14,984 nt of DNA from Armatimonadota bacterium. Its GTDB lineage: Bacteria; Armatimonadota; Hebobacteria; CAIYQO01. The notes beneath the pieces are model-generated. The model did not search any database. It worked only from the letters and a program-made list of their open reading frames with translations, and had not been told where the DNA came from. The position numbers were made by a program, and so were the translations under genes. Positions 1 through 6,805 of this stretch are shown in pieces (position 1 is the stretch's first letter; each line of letters opens with the position of its first letter). The stretch spans positions 1 to 14,984 of the forward strand of contig JBBRXO010000070.1 of NCBI GenBank assembly GCA_038248345.1, given 5' to 3'.

Positions 1-1325
1 AGATTGAGCGGATCTGTCGGCTGTTTTGTTGCATCGTATTTATGTAGGTACTCTAAGTTATCAGAGATGGTAATGTTCTTTTTTGCTGCCGAAGAATAAT
101 CTGTGGTAACAGTCCAAGAATTGGCGTTCACAATAACGCCATTATTCACATAATTATCCGCCAGAGTTCCTTCTAGCGCATTGATACCTTTATCGCTGTA
201 AAGTACTCCGTTGATTAAGTCCGGGTAGGAGGTGACCGAGCTCCACGTTCCAGAATCGACGGTTGCACCCTGCTGCGAGCGTTTTGATGTTGAAGAATTC
301 GCAATGTCTAATGTGAGTTCAGTAGTTTTGTATACCCATTTGTTCGGTGACACTGATGTATCCCAAACACTATGCTTGATGGTAACCACTTGCCGCCCCT
401 GCCCATCAACTGTGAAATAAATCTTCGGTGGATAGTCATTACCCGTCGCTGCAGGGTTTTTGCCAGTTACAATATAAACACCAGAAGGATTGGTACCAGA
501 AAGAAGAGGAACTTTTACATCTGCATTTGTCTGAATAAGCGCTGCTGTTGAGGTATCCGGATATGTTGTTGACCCCATTGCACCTGCCTTCTGGACAGTA
601 GCATCCGTTGGAAAAGGAATCACTCGGTCATTAGGTGTGAACGAGCTCAAACCTCCTGCAAATATCTTTTGCCAGTTAGCTGTTGTAGTAGGAGCAGATT
701 GACTGGAATAATACGTTATTGCACCATTTACCGAAGAAACCGGGCCATTAAAAATCTCTCTTGCAGCGCTACTTGACCAGCTTATCTGCAATTTACCATT
801 AGTGTGAAATGGGCCGTCGAAATGACTGATGTTGCTTACCCACCAGTTGTTACCTAGGCCAGTGTCCTCAAAGTAACCATAAACTGAAAATGACTGATCA
901 GCAAACTCAGCCACAATTTTGCGAGGAGTTGTTCCAGCGCCAGGTCTAGTTTTACTTGAATATGCGGTGGCGTAAATTCGTTGATTTTTGGTGATTGGAT
1001 TCGCCGGGTTAGTCACCAGCATTAAATTAGCATCGAGTACACCACCCCCAAGTACTTTTTGGTTAGGATAATGAACATCGGATGTAGGTTTCTGCTTATC
1101 ACTAACCATCTTCCGATAATGAGCTTCAGCAATATCAAGGGAGCCTTCAGCGAGCGCCAAAGACTGTGCCGACACATATTCTCTGTTGGCTTGGAATAAA
1201 GAAGCAGAGGCAGCGCGGATGCTCAGTAACCCTAATAAGGATAAAACCAACATCGTCACTAACGACAGGAGGAAGACGTATCCGCGTGTCTTATCTTTTT
1301 TCATAAATGCCATATCGATCTTCAT
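1..1325 (-). CDS. PilX-type minor type IV pilin with a large C-terminal DUF4900/ComZ-like domain (partial; 3' end lies outside the window)
   Basis: Translated by hand. The frame is open from ATG 1325 (alternative ATGs 1313, 1304) to the window edge, 441 codons. The N-terminus MKIDMAFMKKDKTRG|YVFLLSLVTMLVLSLLGLLSIRAASASLFQANREYVSAQSLALAEGSLDIAE is a class III signal peptide without Glu+5, followed by the PilX-like 'A..LAEG.L..AE' helix. SFSVYGYF...FDGPFHTNG and NGVLYSD resemble DUF4900 motifs from memory. A GGTGGA SD-like sequence lies upstream of 1325. Confidence 0.85.
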   Translation of the reverse strand, partial: MKIDMAFMKKDKTRGYVFLLSLVTMLVLSLLGLLSIRAASASLFQANREYVSAQSLALAEGSLDIAEAHYRKMVSDKQKPTSDVHYPNQKVLGGGVLDANLMLVTNPANPITKNQRIYATAYSSKTRPGAGTTPRKIVAEFADQSFSVYGYFEDTGLGNNWWVSNISHFDGPFHTNGKLQISWSSSAAREIFNGPVSSVNGAITYYSSQSAPTTTANWQKIFAGGLSSFTPNDRVIPFPTDATVQKAGAMGSTTYPDTSTAALIQTNADVKVPLLSGTNPSGVYIVTGKNPAATGNDYPPKIYFTVDGQGRQVVTIKHSVWDTSVSPNKWVYKTTELTLDIANSSTSKRSQQGATVDSGTWSSVTSYPDLINGVLYSDKGINALEGTLADNYVNNGVIVNANSWTVTTDYSSAAKKNITISDNLEYLHKYDATKQPTDPLN

Positions 1326-1339
1326 TATATCCACCATCC

Positions 1340-1403
1340 GTTATTGTAGAGTAATCGCAATTACTTGCATTGTACTGTTACTATAGAGTACAACTGTATT
1401 ATA
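1340..1403 (-). promoter_or_regulatory. Candidate -10 box (TATAAT at 1403-1398) and operator-like repeats upstream of the pilin gene
   Basis: ATTATA at 1398-1403 reads TATAAT on the minus strand; a second copy is at 1420-1425. Inverted repeats: TTGTACT-N10-AGTACAA (1370-1393) and AGTAAT-N4-ATTACT (1350-1365). No convincing -35 box. Confidence 0.4.
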
Positions 1404-1479
1404 CCCTATTTCAGCAATTATTATATTCTCGCATAAGTTGTATTTTCCTTCTTTGTAACGTTTTTATTTCAATGATTAC

Positions 1480-1509
1480 TGGACGTTGGGGGTGGAGGTA
1501 AACTATAAT
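1480..1509 (+). promoter_or_regulatory. Putative sigma70-type promoter for the hydrolase pair
   Basis: TGGACG (1480-1485), 18 bp spacer, TATAAT (1504-1509); in-frame ATG at 1519. Confidence 0.5.
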
Positions 1510-1518
1510 TACCCCGTA

Positions 1519-2268
1519 ATGCCAAGTATATCGGTGATTCCAACAACATATGGCCATGGGTTGCACGCCGTGCAATTTTCCTTAGCAGGTGCCCCAGCTG
1601 GTACGGCTATCATTGTTTCCCCGCTCTTTGAAGAGAAAAGATGCGCGCATCGCGCCCTTTTTATCGCCGCACAGACAATGGCCACGGCTGGCTACTCAAC
1701 ACTTATGCCTGAGTTCACCGGTATTGGAAATAGCGCCGGAGAGCTGACAGCGATCAACGTGGATAATTGGATAGCCGACCTGCGGTCAGCTGTAGCGATA
1801 TTGCCCGCTGGCCTACCACTTACAATTATCGGTTGCCGTGCCGGTGCTCTCTTGTCGATAGCAGCACTGGGAGAGTTTGACGTGTCCCGGATTGTCCTTT
1901 GGCAACCAGCGCTGTCTGGTAAAACATATTTGCGCGAGGCCATACTGCGTCGCATGAGCCAAAATTCTATCATTGGCGGTGAAAAACCGAAAGTCGGCGA
2001 ATTTGAGATTGAAGGGCAACTTCTTTCCCTAGAGTTATTCAATGGTATCCAAGCGTTGAAGATGCCTGATATAGCCCCACATGCTGACATTAGATTACTG
2101 CAGTGTTCCTTCAGTGAGAAGATACTGGGAGATTATGCGCGCTTACAAGACCGTTGGGGGGATGCGCTCACTACCAGCGCTATCATCAGCAAGCCATTCT
2201 GGCAGCCGCATACGCCATATAACTATGCTGAACTGGCAGCTGCAATTGTGCATGAGGTACTGGCATGA
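1519..2268 (+). CDS. Alpha/beta hydrolase-fold protein resembling 'hydrolase 2, exosortase A system-associated' (TIGR03101-like); Arg at the nucleophile position
   Basis: Motifs SPLFEEKRCAHR, FTGIGNSAG, W..DL..A, IIGCRAGALL and LWQPALSGK.YL match my recollection of the family (PPFAEE..., GLRLGALLA, LWQPVVSG). ATG 1519 is preferred over TTG 1486, which lies upstream of the -10 box. Confidence 0.8.
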   Translation: MPSISVIPTTYGHGLHAVQFSLAGAPAGTAIIVSPLFEEKRCAHRALFIAAQTMATAGYSTLMPEFTGIGNSAGELTAINVDNWIADLRSAVAILPAGLPLTIIGCRAGALLSIAALGEFDVSRIVLWQPALSGKTYLREAILRRMSQNSIIGGEKPKVGEFEIEGQLLSLELFNGIQALKMPDIAPHADIRLLQCSFSEKILGDYARLQDRWGDALTTSAIISKPFWQPHTPYNYAELAAAIVHEVLA

Positions 2269-3083
2269 GCGAGCAAGCTGTAAATATCCCGCATGGTGAC
2301 GGCTGGCTGGCGGCTGACATTAACCGGAATGGCGATCAAGCGGTAATCTTTCTTCCGGGCTGGAGTGGAACCAGGTATGGGCCACAACGGATACTGCTCC
2401 AAGCGGCGGAAGCTTGTGCAAAGCAAGGCCTTACCACACTCCGTTTGGACTACGGTGGACGTGGGGATAGTAGCGAAGTTAATGAAGTGACCTTGGATGG
2501 GATGATCTCCGACGCAATGGCGGCGATTACCTGGCTTCGTGAAAAATATAAAGTGCAGCAAATCTCGCTGGTAGGCCTATGTTCGGGGGGGAATGTCGCC
2601 CTCGGCGTAGCCTCCCTCGATGAAAATATTACTAATGTAATCTGCTGGTCATTGTTGCCCTTTATGGAAGATAAACAGAAGGCTACCCACCAGGGTACGC
2701 CGCGCCAAGCAATACTTGCTCAATATCTGCGCAAAATATTCACTCTGCAAACGTGGAGAAAACTCTTCAGCGGCGAGTTGAATGTTAAGGGAGCGCAGGA
2801 TTCGCTCGTGAAAGATAAAGAAGGTGATCAGGAAGAGCAGCAGCATAAAACTTCGAAACGCTTGATCATGAGCGCACTAGTTGGATACTGCGGCAAAGTA
2901 TTCCTCATCTATGGAAGCCGCGACCCCGAGGCCATCGGGGCGCGTAGCTTCTATACCACTTGGTTCAAGCAACACAAAATAGAGGTTGTTGCACATACTG
3001 TGGAAGACGCACCCCATAACTTCTACACCGCCGGATGGACGGCAGCGGTCATTAGGCAGACTGTACACTGGCTAGCTGATTAA
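2265..3083 (+). CDS. Alpha/beta hydrolase with a Cys nucleophile resembling 'hydrolase 1, exosortase A system-associated' (TIGR03100-like)
   Basis: TRYGPQR, LRLDYGGRGDS, nucleophile elbow G-L-C-S-G, Asp in YGSRDP, His in APHNF. ATGA overlap with the upstream gene. Confidence 0.82.
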   Translation: MSEQAVNIPHGDGWLAADINRNGDQAVIFLPGWSGTRYGPQRILLQAAEACAKQGLTTLRLDYGGRGDSSEVNEVTLDGMISDAMAAITWLREKYKVQQISLVGLCSGGNVALGVASLDENITNVICWSLLPFMEDKQKATHQGTPRQAILAQYLRKIFTLQTWRKLFSGELNVKGAQDSLVKDKEGDQEEQQHKTSKRLIMSALVGYCGKVFLIYGSRDPEAIGARSFYTTWFKQHKIEVVAHTVEDAPHNFYTAGWTAAVIRQTVHWLAD

Positions 3084-3556
3084 TTGCCCGCGACGTCGAT
3101 ACGGCGCAACTCCGCCGATATCATTTTGGAATGATGGATAAAAGTATCGCTGAATTTACTCAGTAGCTCTGCCACCGCCTCGTCATTTGCGTGAAACACT
3201 TCTATTACCCGCTTCTCGACCATTGAGTCTTCTAAATCCAATGCGGTAGCTAGCGCATGACGCATGCTAATATCTGATCGCCCTGCCAATCTGTGCGCTT
3301 CCTTAACGTACTGGATCGAGCTCTCCACGCTCTGTAACGTGAGTTTAATCAAATCTACCGAGATGCTCTTGCCGATAACTTCATCTTCGATAGAACGCAC
3401 CAACCGCACGTGCATCCGTTCTTCTTTGGCTAATACCTCCCAGAACTCAGCATGGCGTGGAAGTTTTTCGGCTAATAGCTCGTAAAAAGCGGCTATCGCT
3501 TCTTCATGTTTCAATAGCATGTTTATCAATTTAATAGCACTGTCCATATCTGTCAT
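3080..3556 (-). CDS. Ferritin-like / rubrerythrin-like four-helix-bundle protein
   Basis: HEEAIAAFY...FWEVLAKEERMH (E...ExxH) and ALDLE. SD AAAGGGG lies 5 nt before ATG 3556; the ORF track starts at TTG 3571. Confidence 0.75.
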   Translation of the reverse strand: MTDMDSAIKLINMLLKHEEAIAAFYELLAEKLPRHAEFWEVLAKEERMHVRLVRSIEDEVIGKSISVDLIKLTLQSVESSIQYVKEAHRLAGRSDISMRHALATALDLEDSMVEKRVIEVFHANDEAVAELLSKFSDTFIHHSKMISAELRRIDVAGN

Positions 3557-3585
3557 CGTGGCCCCTTTCAAATCAGCATCACAGC

Positions 3586-3623
3586 TTGCTTACTTATTCC
3601 ATACCAATTATAATTCATTATGA
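3586..3623. promoter_or_regulatory. Overlapping divergent promoter region between the ferritin-like and FmdB genes
   Basis: Plus strand: TTGCTT (3586-3591), 17 bp, TATAAT (3609-3614). The palindrome AATTATAATT (3606-3615) also gives TATAAT on the minus strand. Confidence 0.5.
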
Positions 3624-3671
3624 TACTGCCGTGTTAATTTTGTCAGTATTTTTTTGGAGGTCTAGCAAAAA

Positions 3672-3878
3672 ATGCCCACATACGATTATGAGTGTACAAA
3701 GTGTCATCACCAATTTGAATTGAACCATGGTATAAATGACAAACCAGAGTTGAGCTGTCCCGAGTGTGAAGCTGCGGTAAAGAAGGTTTTTGCGGCTAAT
3801 GGGATTATTTTCAAGGGTTCCGGCTGGTATATCACCGACAGTGCCCCCCAACCAGCGGCAACAACACCCGAGAAATAG
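3672..3878 (+). CDS. FmdB family zinc-ribbon protein (CxxC_CxxC_SSSS)
   Basis: MPTYDYECTKC...CPEC...FKGSGWYITD is the family signature. SD GGAGG at 3656-3660. Confidence 0.93.
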   Translation: MPTYDYECTKCHHQFELNHGINDKPELSCPECEAAVKKVFAANGIIFKGSGWYITDSAPQPAATTPEK

Positions 3879-3887
3879 GTACATTCT

Positions 3888-3923
3888 AAAACTGCCCGCA
3901 TACACACCAGGTACGCGGGCAGT
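3888..3923 (-). terminator. Intrinsic terminator after the HD-GYP gene
   Basis: Minus strand: ACTGCCCGCGTAC-CTGGTGT-GTATGCGGGCAGT-TTT, a 13-bp stem with one G:U pair and a short U tract. It lies between convergent genes. Confidence 0.7.
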
Positions 3924-3956
3924 CAAAAAATCAGCATTGTTTCATCTACACGACGG

Positions 3957-5414
3957 CTAAGGGTCCATCCTCGAATTAGTTAACGCTTGCGGATTTTCTT
4001 CCTCTACCTCATATTGTTGATATTCAGCTATGATGACATCCACTAATGCTTCAACGATGCCTGGATCAAGCCGGTGGCCAGCTTCTTTTCTCGCCTCATC
4101 CAAGGCTTCAGCATGTAAAATTGGGAAAAGTGAGGCTGTATTTGTAACATGATCATAATAGTCAACCGCCGCCACGATGCGTGCCAACTTGGGAATAAAT
4201 GGCCCTCCCAAGCCTTCCGGGTACCCGCTGCCATCCCAATTTTCGTGATGTGATAGGATTATCGGCATACAGTTATGCAAAAATTCGACCGGTTCAACTA
4301 TGCTTCTGCCAATCATCGGATGCATCTCGATTAACATCAGCTCATCCAGCGAAAAATGATCCCGCTTGTTAAAGATATTTTCATCTAGTCCTATCTTGCC
4401 AATATCATGCAACATCGCTCCAAATTCCAAAGTCTGCATATCCTCAGCAGACAACTGAAGTTTTTGTCCAATTTTGATAGAAAGCTCCGCTACCCGCTCC
4501 GAATGCCCCGAAGTTACCGGGTCACGAGCTTCGATAGCACGGGTTAATGCCCGCACCGTCTCCAGATAATTCGTCTGAACTGAGGCATAAAGACGAGCGT
4601 TATTGATGGCAATCGCCGCTTGTTCGGCGAAGGCCCGCCCCACTCGGCGATCCCGAGTGGAAAAACCTTGGAATCGCTTTCTATACAGGTTCAATAATCC
4701 AATAACTTCATTATCAACTTTCAGCGGCAAACTAAGAATCGATACAATCCCCTCGGAAATCATTTTGTCTCGATAGGGTAATTCCTGATATGAGGTCTGT
4801 CGGATATCTTTCATATAGACCTCTTCACCTTGCAGTGATCGACGCATATTGGCGCTCTCATGTACCAGCATCGGGCCTTTGGCAAGATATTCATCACTGA
4901 GACCCCAAGTCTGACCAAAGATCATCTCATTACCGTCATTGATGACCAGGCGTATAGCGCATGCATCAGCGCTTGTTAATTCAACAGAAAATTTGGTGAT
5001 TACCTGCTGCGTCTTATTTATATCCAACGAAGAGTTGATCGATCGGCTAATCTCCAATAAAGAGTGCCACTCTCGTGCATTATCCTGTAAACGTGTGGAT
5101 AATAAGCCGGCCAGGTACGCCAGCAGTAAGAAAAATGCTCCTTCTATGCCCACAGAATACCACCAATGCTCCAGTGTGACTGCGCGGCTGACGAAATACA
5201 AACTGATAGTAGCTAGCACTGCCGTTATCGTCCCACCGGTACGTCCTAGTGAGATCGCGGCGATCAGAATCGGGATGAAATAGAGATTCGATAATGCTAT
5301 CGCGCGCGCATCCATCTGGCCGTCTGGTGATTGCAGGTTAAGAAAAAAAGTCACCAGCAACAATGCCAACGCTACGATAATAAGTATGTAATTTTTCCCC
5401 ACCCAACTGATCAC
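3957..5414 (-). CDS. Membrane-anchored GAF + HD-GYP domain protein (putative cyclic dinucleotide phosphodiesterase)
   Basis: About four N-terminal TM segments (LYFIPILIAAISLG, DUF4118-like). GAF domain (SILSLPLKVDNEVIGLLNL...FAEQAAIAINNARLY). HD-GYP motifs EARDPVTSGHSERV, LHDIGKIG, HPMIG, HHENWDGSGYPEGL, ARIVAAVD. The GTG start overlaps the upstream TGA. Confidence 0.9.
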   Translation of the reverse strand: MISWVGKNYILIIVALALLLVTFFLNLQSPDGQMDARAIALSNLYFIPILIAAISLGRTGGTITAVLATISLYFVSRAVTLEHWWYSVGIEGAFFLLLAYLAGLLSTRLQDNAREWHSLLEISRSINSSLDINKTQQVITKFSVELTSADACAIRLVINDGNEMIFGQTWGLSDEYLAKGPMLVHESANMRRSLQGEEVYMKDIRQTSYQELPYRDKMISEGIVSILSLPLKVDNEVIGLLNLYRKRFQGFSTRDRRVGRAFAEQAAIAINNARLYASVQTNYLETVRALTRAIEARDPVTSGHSERVAELSIKIGQKLQLSAEDMQTLEFGAMLHDIGKIGLDENIFNKRDHFSLDELMLIEMHPMIGRSIVEPVEFLHNCMPIILSHHENWDGSGYPEGLGGPFIPKLARIVAAVDYYDHVTNTASLFPILHAEALDEARKEAGHRLDPGIVEALVDVIIAEYQQYEVEEENPQALTNSRMDP

Positions 5415-6220
5415 AATTTTGCTTCCTTAACAATTGGAGCTATGCTGATAACTGCCTTGCGCAAATTACCATTTATGCAATTGCATTGCTCTTCTCGCAT
5501 ATTTCGTAGATACTGCCGGATTATCATCCGCACATCTGCGCCGCATTCATCCATAATATCCGTCACTTCACTCTCGCTTAGCGCGGCGGTAGCTATCCCG
5601 GCGGCCCAATTGCACACTATCGACAGCGAGGCGTAACAAACACCCGCTTCGCGCGCCAAGACAACTTCCGGGACACTTGTCATACCTACCAGGTTGGCAC
5701 CAAGTATCGAAAGCATGCGTATCTCAGCAGACGTCTCAAACCTCGGACCCTCCATGCAAGCATATATACCACCATTAAGTACGGAATAATCAATTTCAGC
5801 TGCCGCCGAGATTAAGCTTTGCGCAAGGTTTGGACAATACGGAGTGGAAACATCGACATGATGCACCGGAACACCCACTCCGGCAAAGAATGTACCCGGG
5901 CGGTTGCGCGTGAAGTCGATGAAATCAGTCAGCATGACGAAGGAGCGTGGCGGAAAATTTGCCTCCATACTGCCCACCGCTTGTGTGGCGATAATTTGCT
6001 CTACCCCCAGCGCGGCCAATGCCCAGATATTACCCCGGTAGTTCACCTCATGCGGAGCCAAATGATGATGCTCACCATGCCGTGGGATAAAAATAACCGG
6101 GAGGTTCTCAACAACTGATTTATAAACTGGAACGTCGCCGTATGGCGTAGCGATAACTTCGCGCTCACCACCATCAGCTATCGAATATATTCCGGTTCCA
6201 CCAATAATGGCGATTTTCAT
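5411..6220 (-). CDS. MTAP-family purine nucleoside phosphorylase, probably 5'-methylthioinosine/6-oxopurine specific
   Basis: KIAIIGGTG, TPYG, PRHG..H...PH.VNYR.NI, QAVGS, EGPRFETSAE, VGMTSVPEVVLARE, and a base-specificity segment VCNWAAG. Start chosen at ATG 6220 (SD AAAGGA 6 nt upstream); the ORF track extends to 6253. Confidence 0.92.
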   Translation of the reverse strand: MKIAIIGGTGIYSIADGGEREVIATPYGDVPVYKSVVENLPVIFIPRHGEHHHLAPHEVNYRGNIWALAALGVEQIIATQAVGSMEANFPPRSFVMLTDFIDFTRNRPGTFFAGVGVPVHHVDVSTPYCPNLAQSLISAAAEIDYSVLNGGIYACMEGPRFETSAEIRMLSILGANLVGMTSVPEVVLAREAGVCYASLSIVCNWAAGIATAALSESEVTDIMDECGADVRMIIRQYLRNMREEQCNCINGNLRKAVISIAPIVKEAKL

Positions 6221-6262
6221 GTTCATTCCTTTCGCGTAATCCCCTGCGTCCATAACGCCTCC

Positions 6263-6291
6263 ATTACAACACGATTAATACTTGATGTCTA
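6263..6291 (-). promoter_or_regulatory. Putative internal promoter for the phosphorylase/HD-GYP operon
   Basis: Minus strand: TAGACA (6291-6286), 17 bp, TGTAAT (6268-6263), with an extended -10 TG. It lies directly after a terminator. The -10 box deviates at its conserved A. Confidence 0.45.
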
Positions 6292-6304
6292 AGTTAATTG
6301 ACGC

Positions 6305-6329
6305 ACAAAAGCTGATGGAAGCATCAGCT
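6305..6329 (-). terminator. Intrinsic terminator after the DUF151 gene
   Basis: Minus strand: AGCTGATG-CTTC-CATCAGCT-TTTGT, a perfect 8-bp stem overlapping the TAG stop. Confidence 0.65.
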
Positions 6330-6786
6330 AGATGAACCCTTCTCCAAAATATTGCTCGTTATCATCTTCCTGTTGGCCCGGCAGAAATGCGTGCTCATTC
6401 ATTATTTCAGCGTCGACAAATATCGGTGCCTCCGTACGTACCACCAGCGCAATAGCGTCACTAGGGCGTGCATCTATCAACTCTTCTCCACCCGGTTTCC
6501 CAACATAAATAGTGGCGTAATAGATACCGTTTTGCATATTGTCTATTACCACCTTCTCCAATCTAGCATGCCGCTTCTCTAATAATATTTGCATGACATC
6601 GTGAGTCAGTGGACGCCGTAAAATAAACTGGCTGGCAGGTTGAGACAGTTGTGCCATTATCGCTGCCGCTTCGCATATGCCAATCGCAATTGACAGCAAG
6701 CGCCCCTGCTTATCCCGCAGCAGGACATAGTCATTCCCTTGTTCATCGCGAACTAATTGCCAAACTCCAACGGGTGTGTCTGCCAT
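6328..6786 (-). CDS. Bifunctional nuclease family protein (DUF151/BFN)
   Basis: VLLRD..GRLL.I.IG..EA.AI, RPLTHD, IDARPSDAIAL...APIFV. SD GGGAG upstream. Confidence 0.92.
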   Translation of the reverse strand: MADTPVGVWQLVRDEQGNDYVLLRDKQGRLLSIAIGICEAAAIMAQLSQPASQFILRRPLTHDVMQILLEKRHARLEKVVIDNMQNGIYYATIYVGKPGGEELIDARPSDAIALVVRTEAPIFVDAEIMNEHAFLPGQQEDDNEQYFGEGFI

Positions 6787-6805
6787 CTTCTTGCTCCCAT
6801 ATCTT

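Noticed and set aside
232..420. 62-aa plus-strand ORF
   Set aside because: It is antisense to the long PilX-like frame and has no recognisable motif.
1186..1386. 66-aa plus-strand ORF with a hydrophobic C-terminus
   Set aside because: It is antisense to the pilin start and its AT-rich promoter, with a TTG start and no SD.
1326..1485. Possible c-di-GMP riboswitch or other ncRNA ahead of the pilin gene
   Set aside because: Only short AT-rich hairpins are present and I recognised no riboswitch consensus. An Infernal/Rfam scan would settle it.
3080..3083. 4-nt convergent stop-codon overlaps, here and at 8760-8763
   Set aside because: These are common in compact genomes, and nothing suggests antisense regulation.
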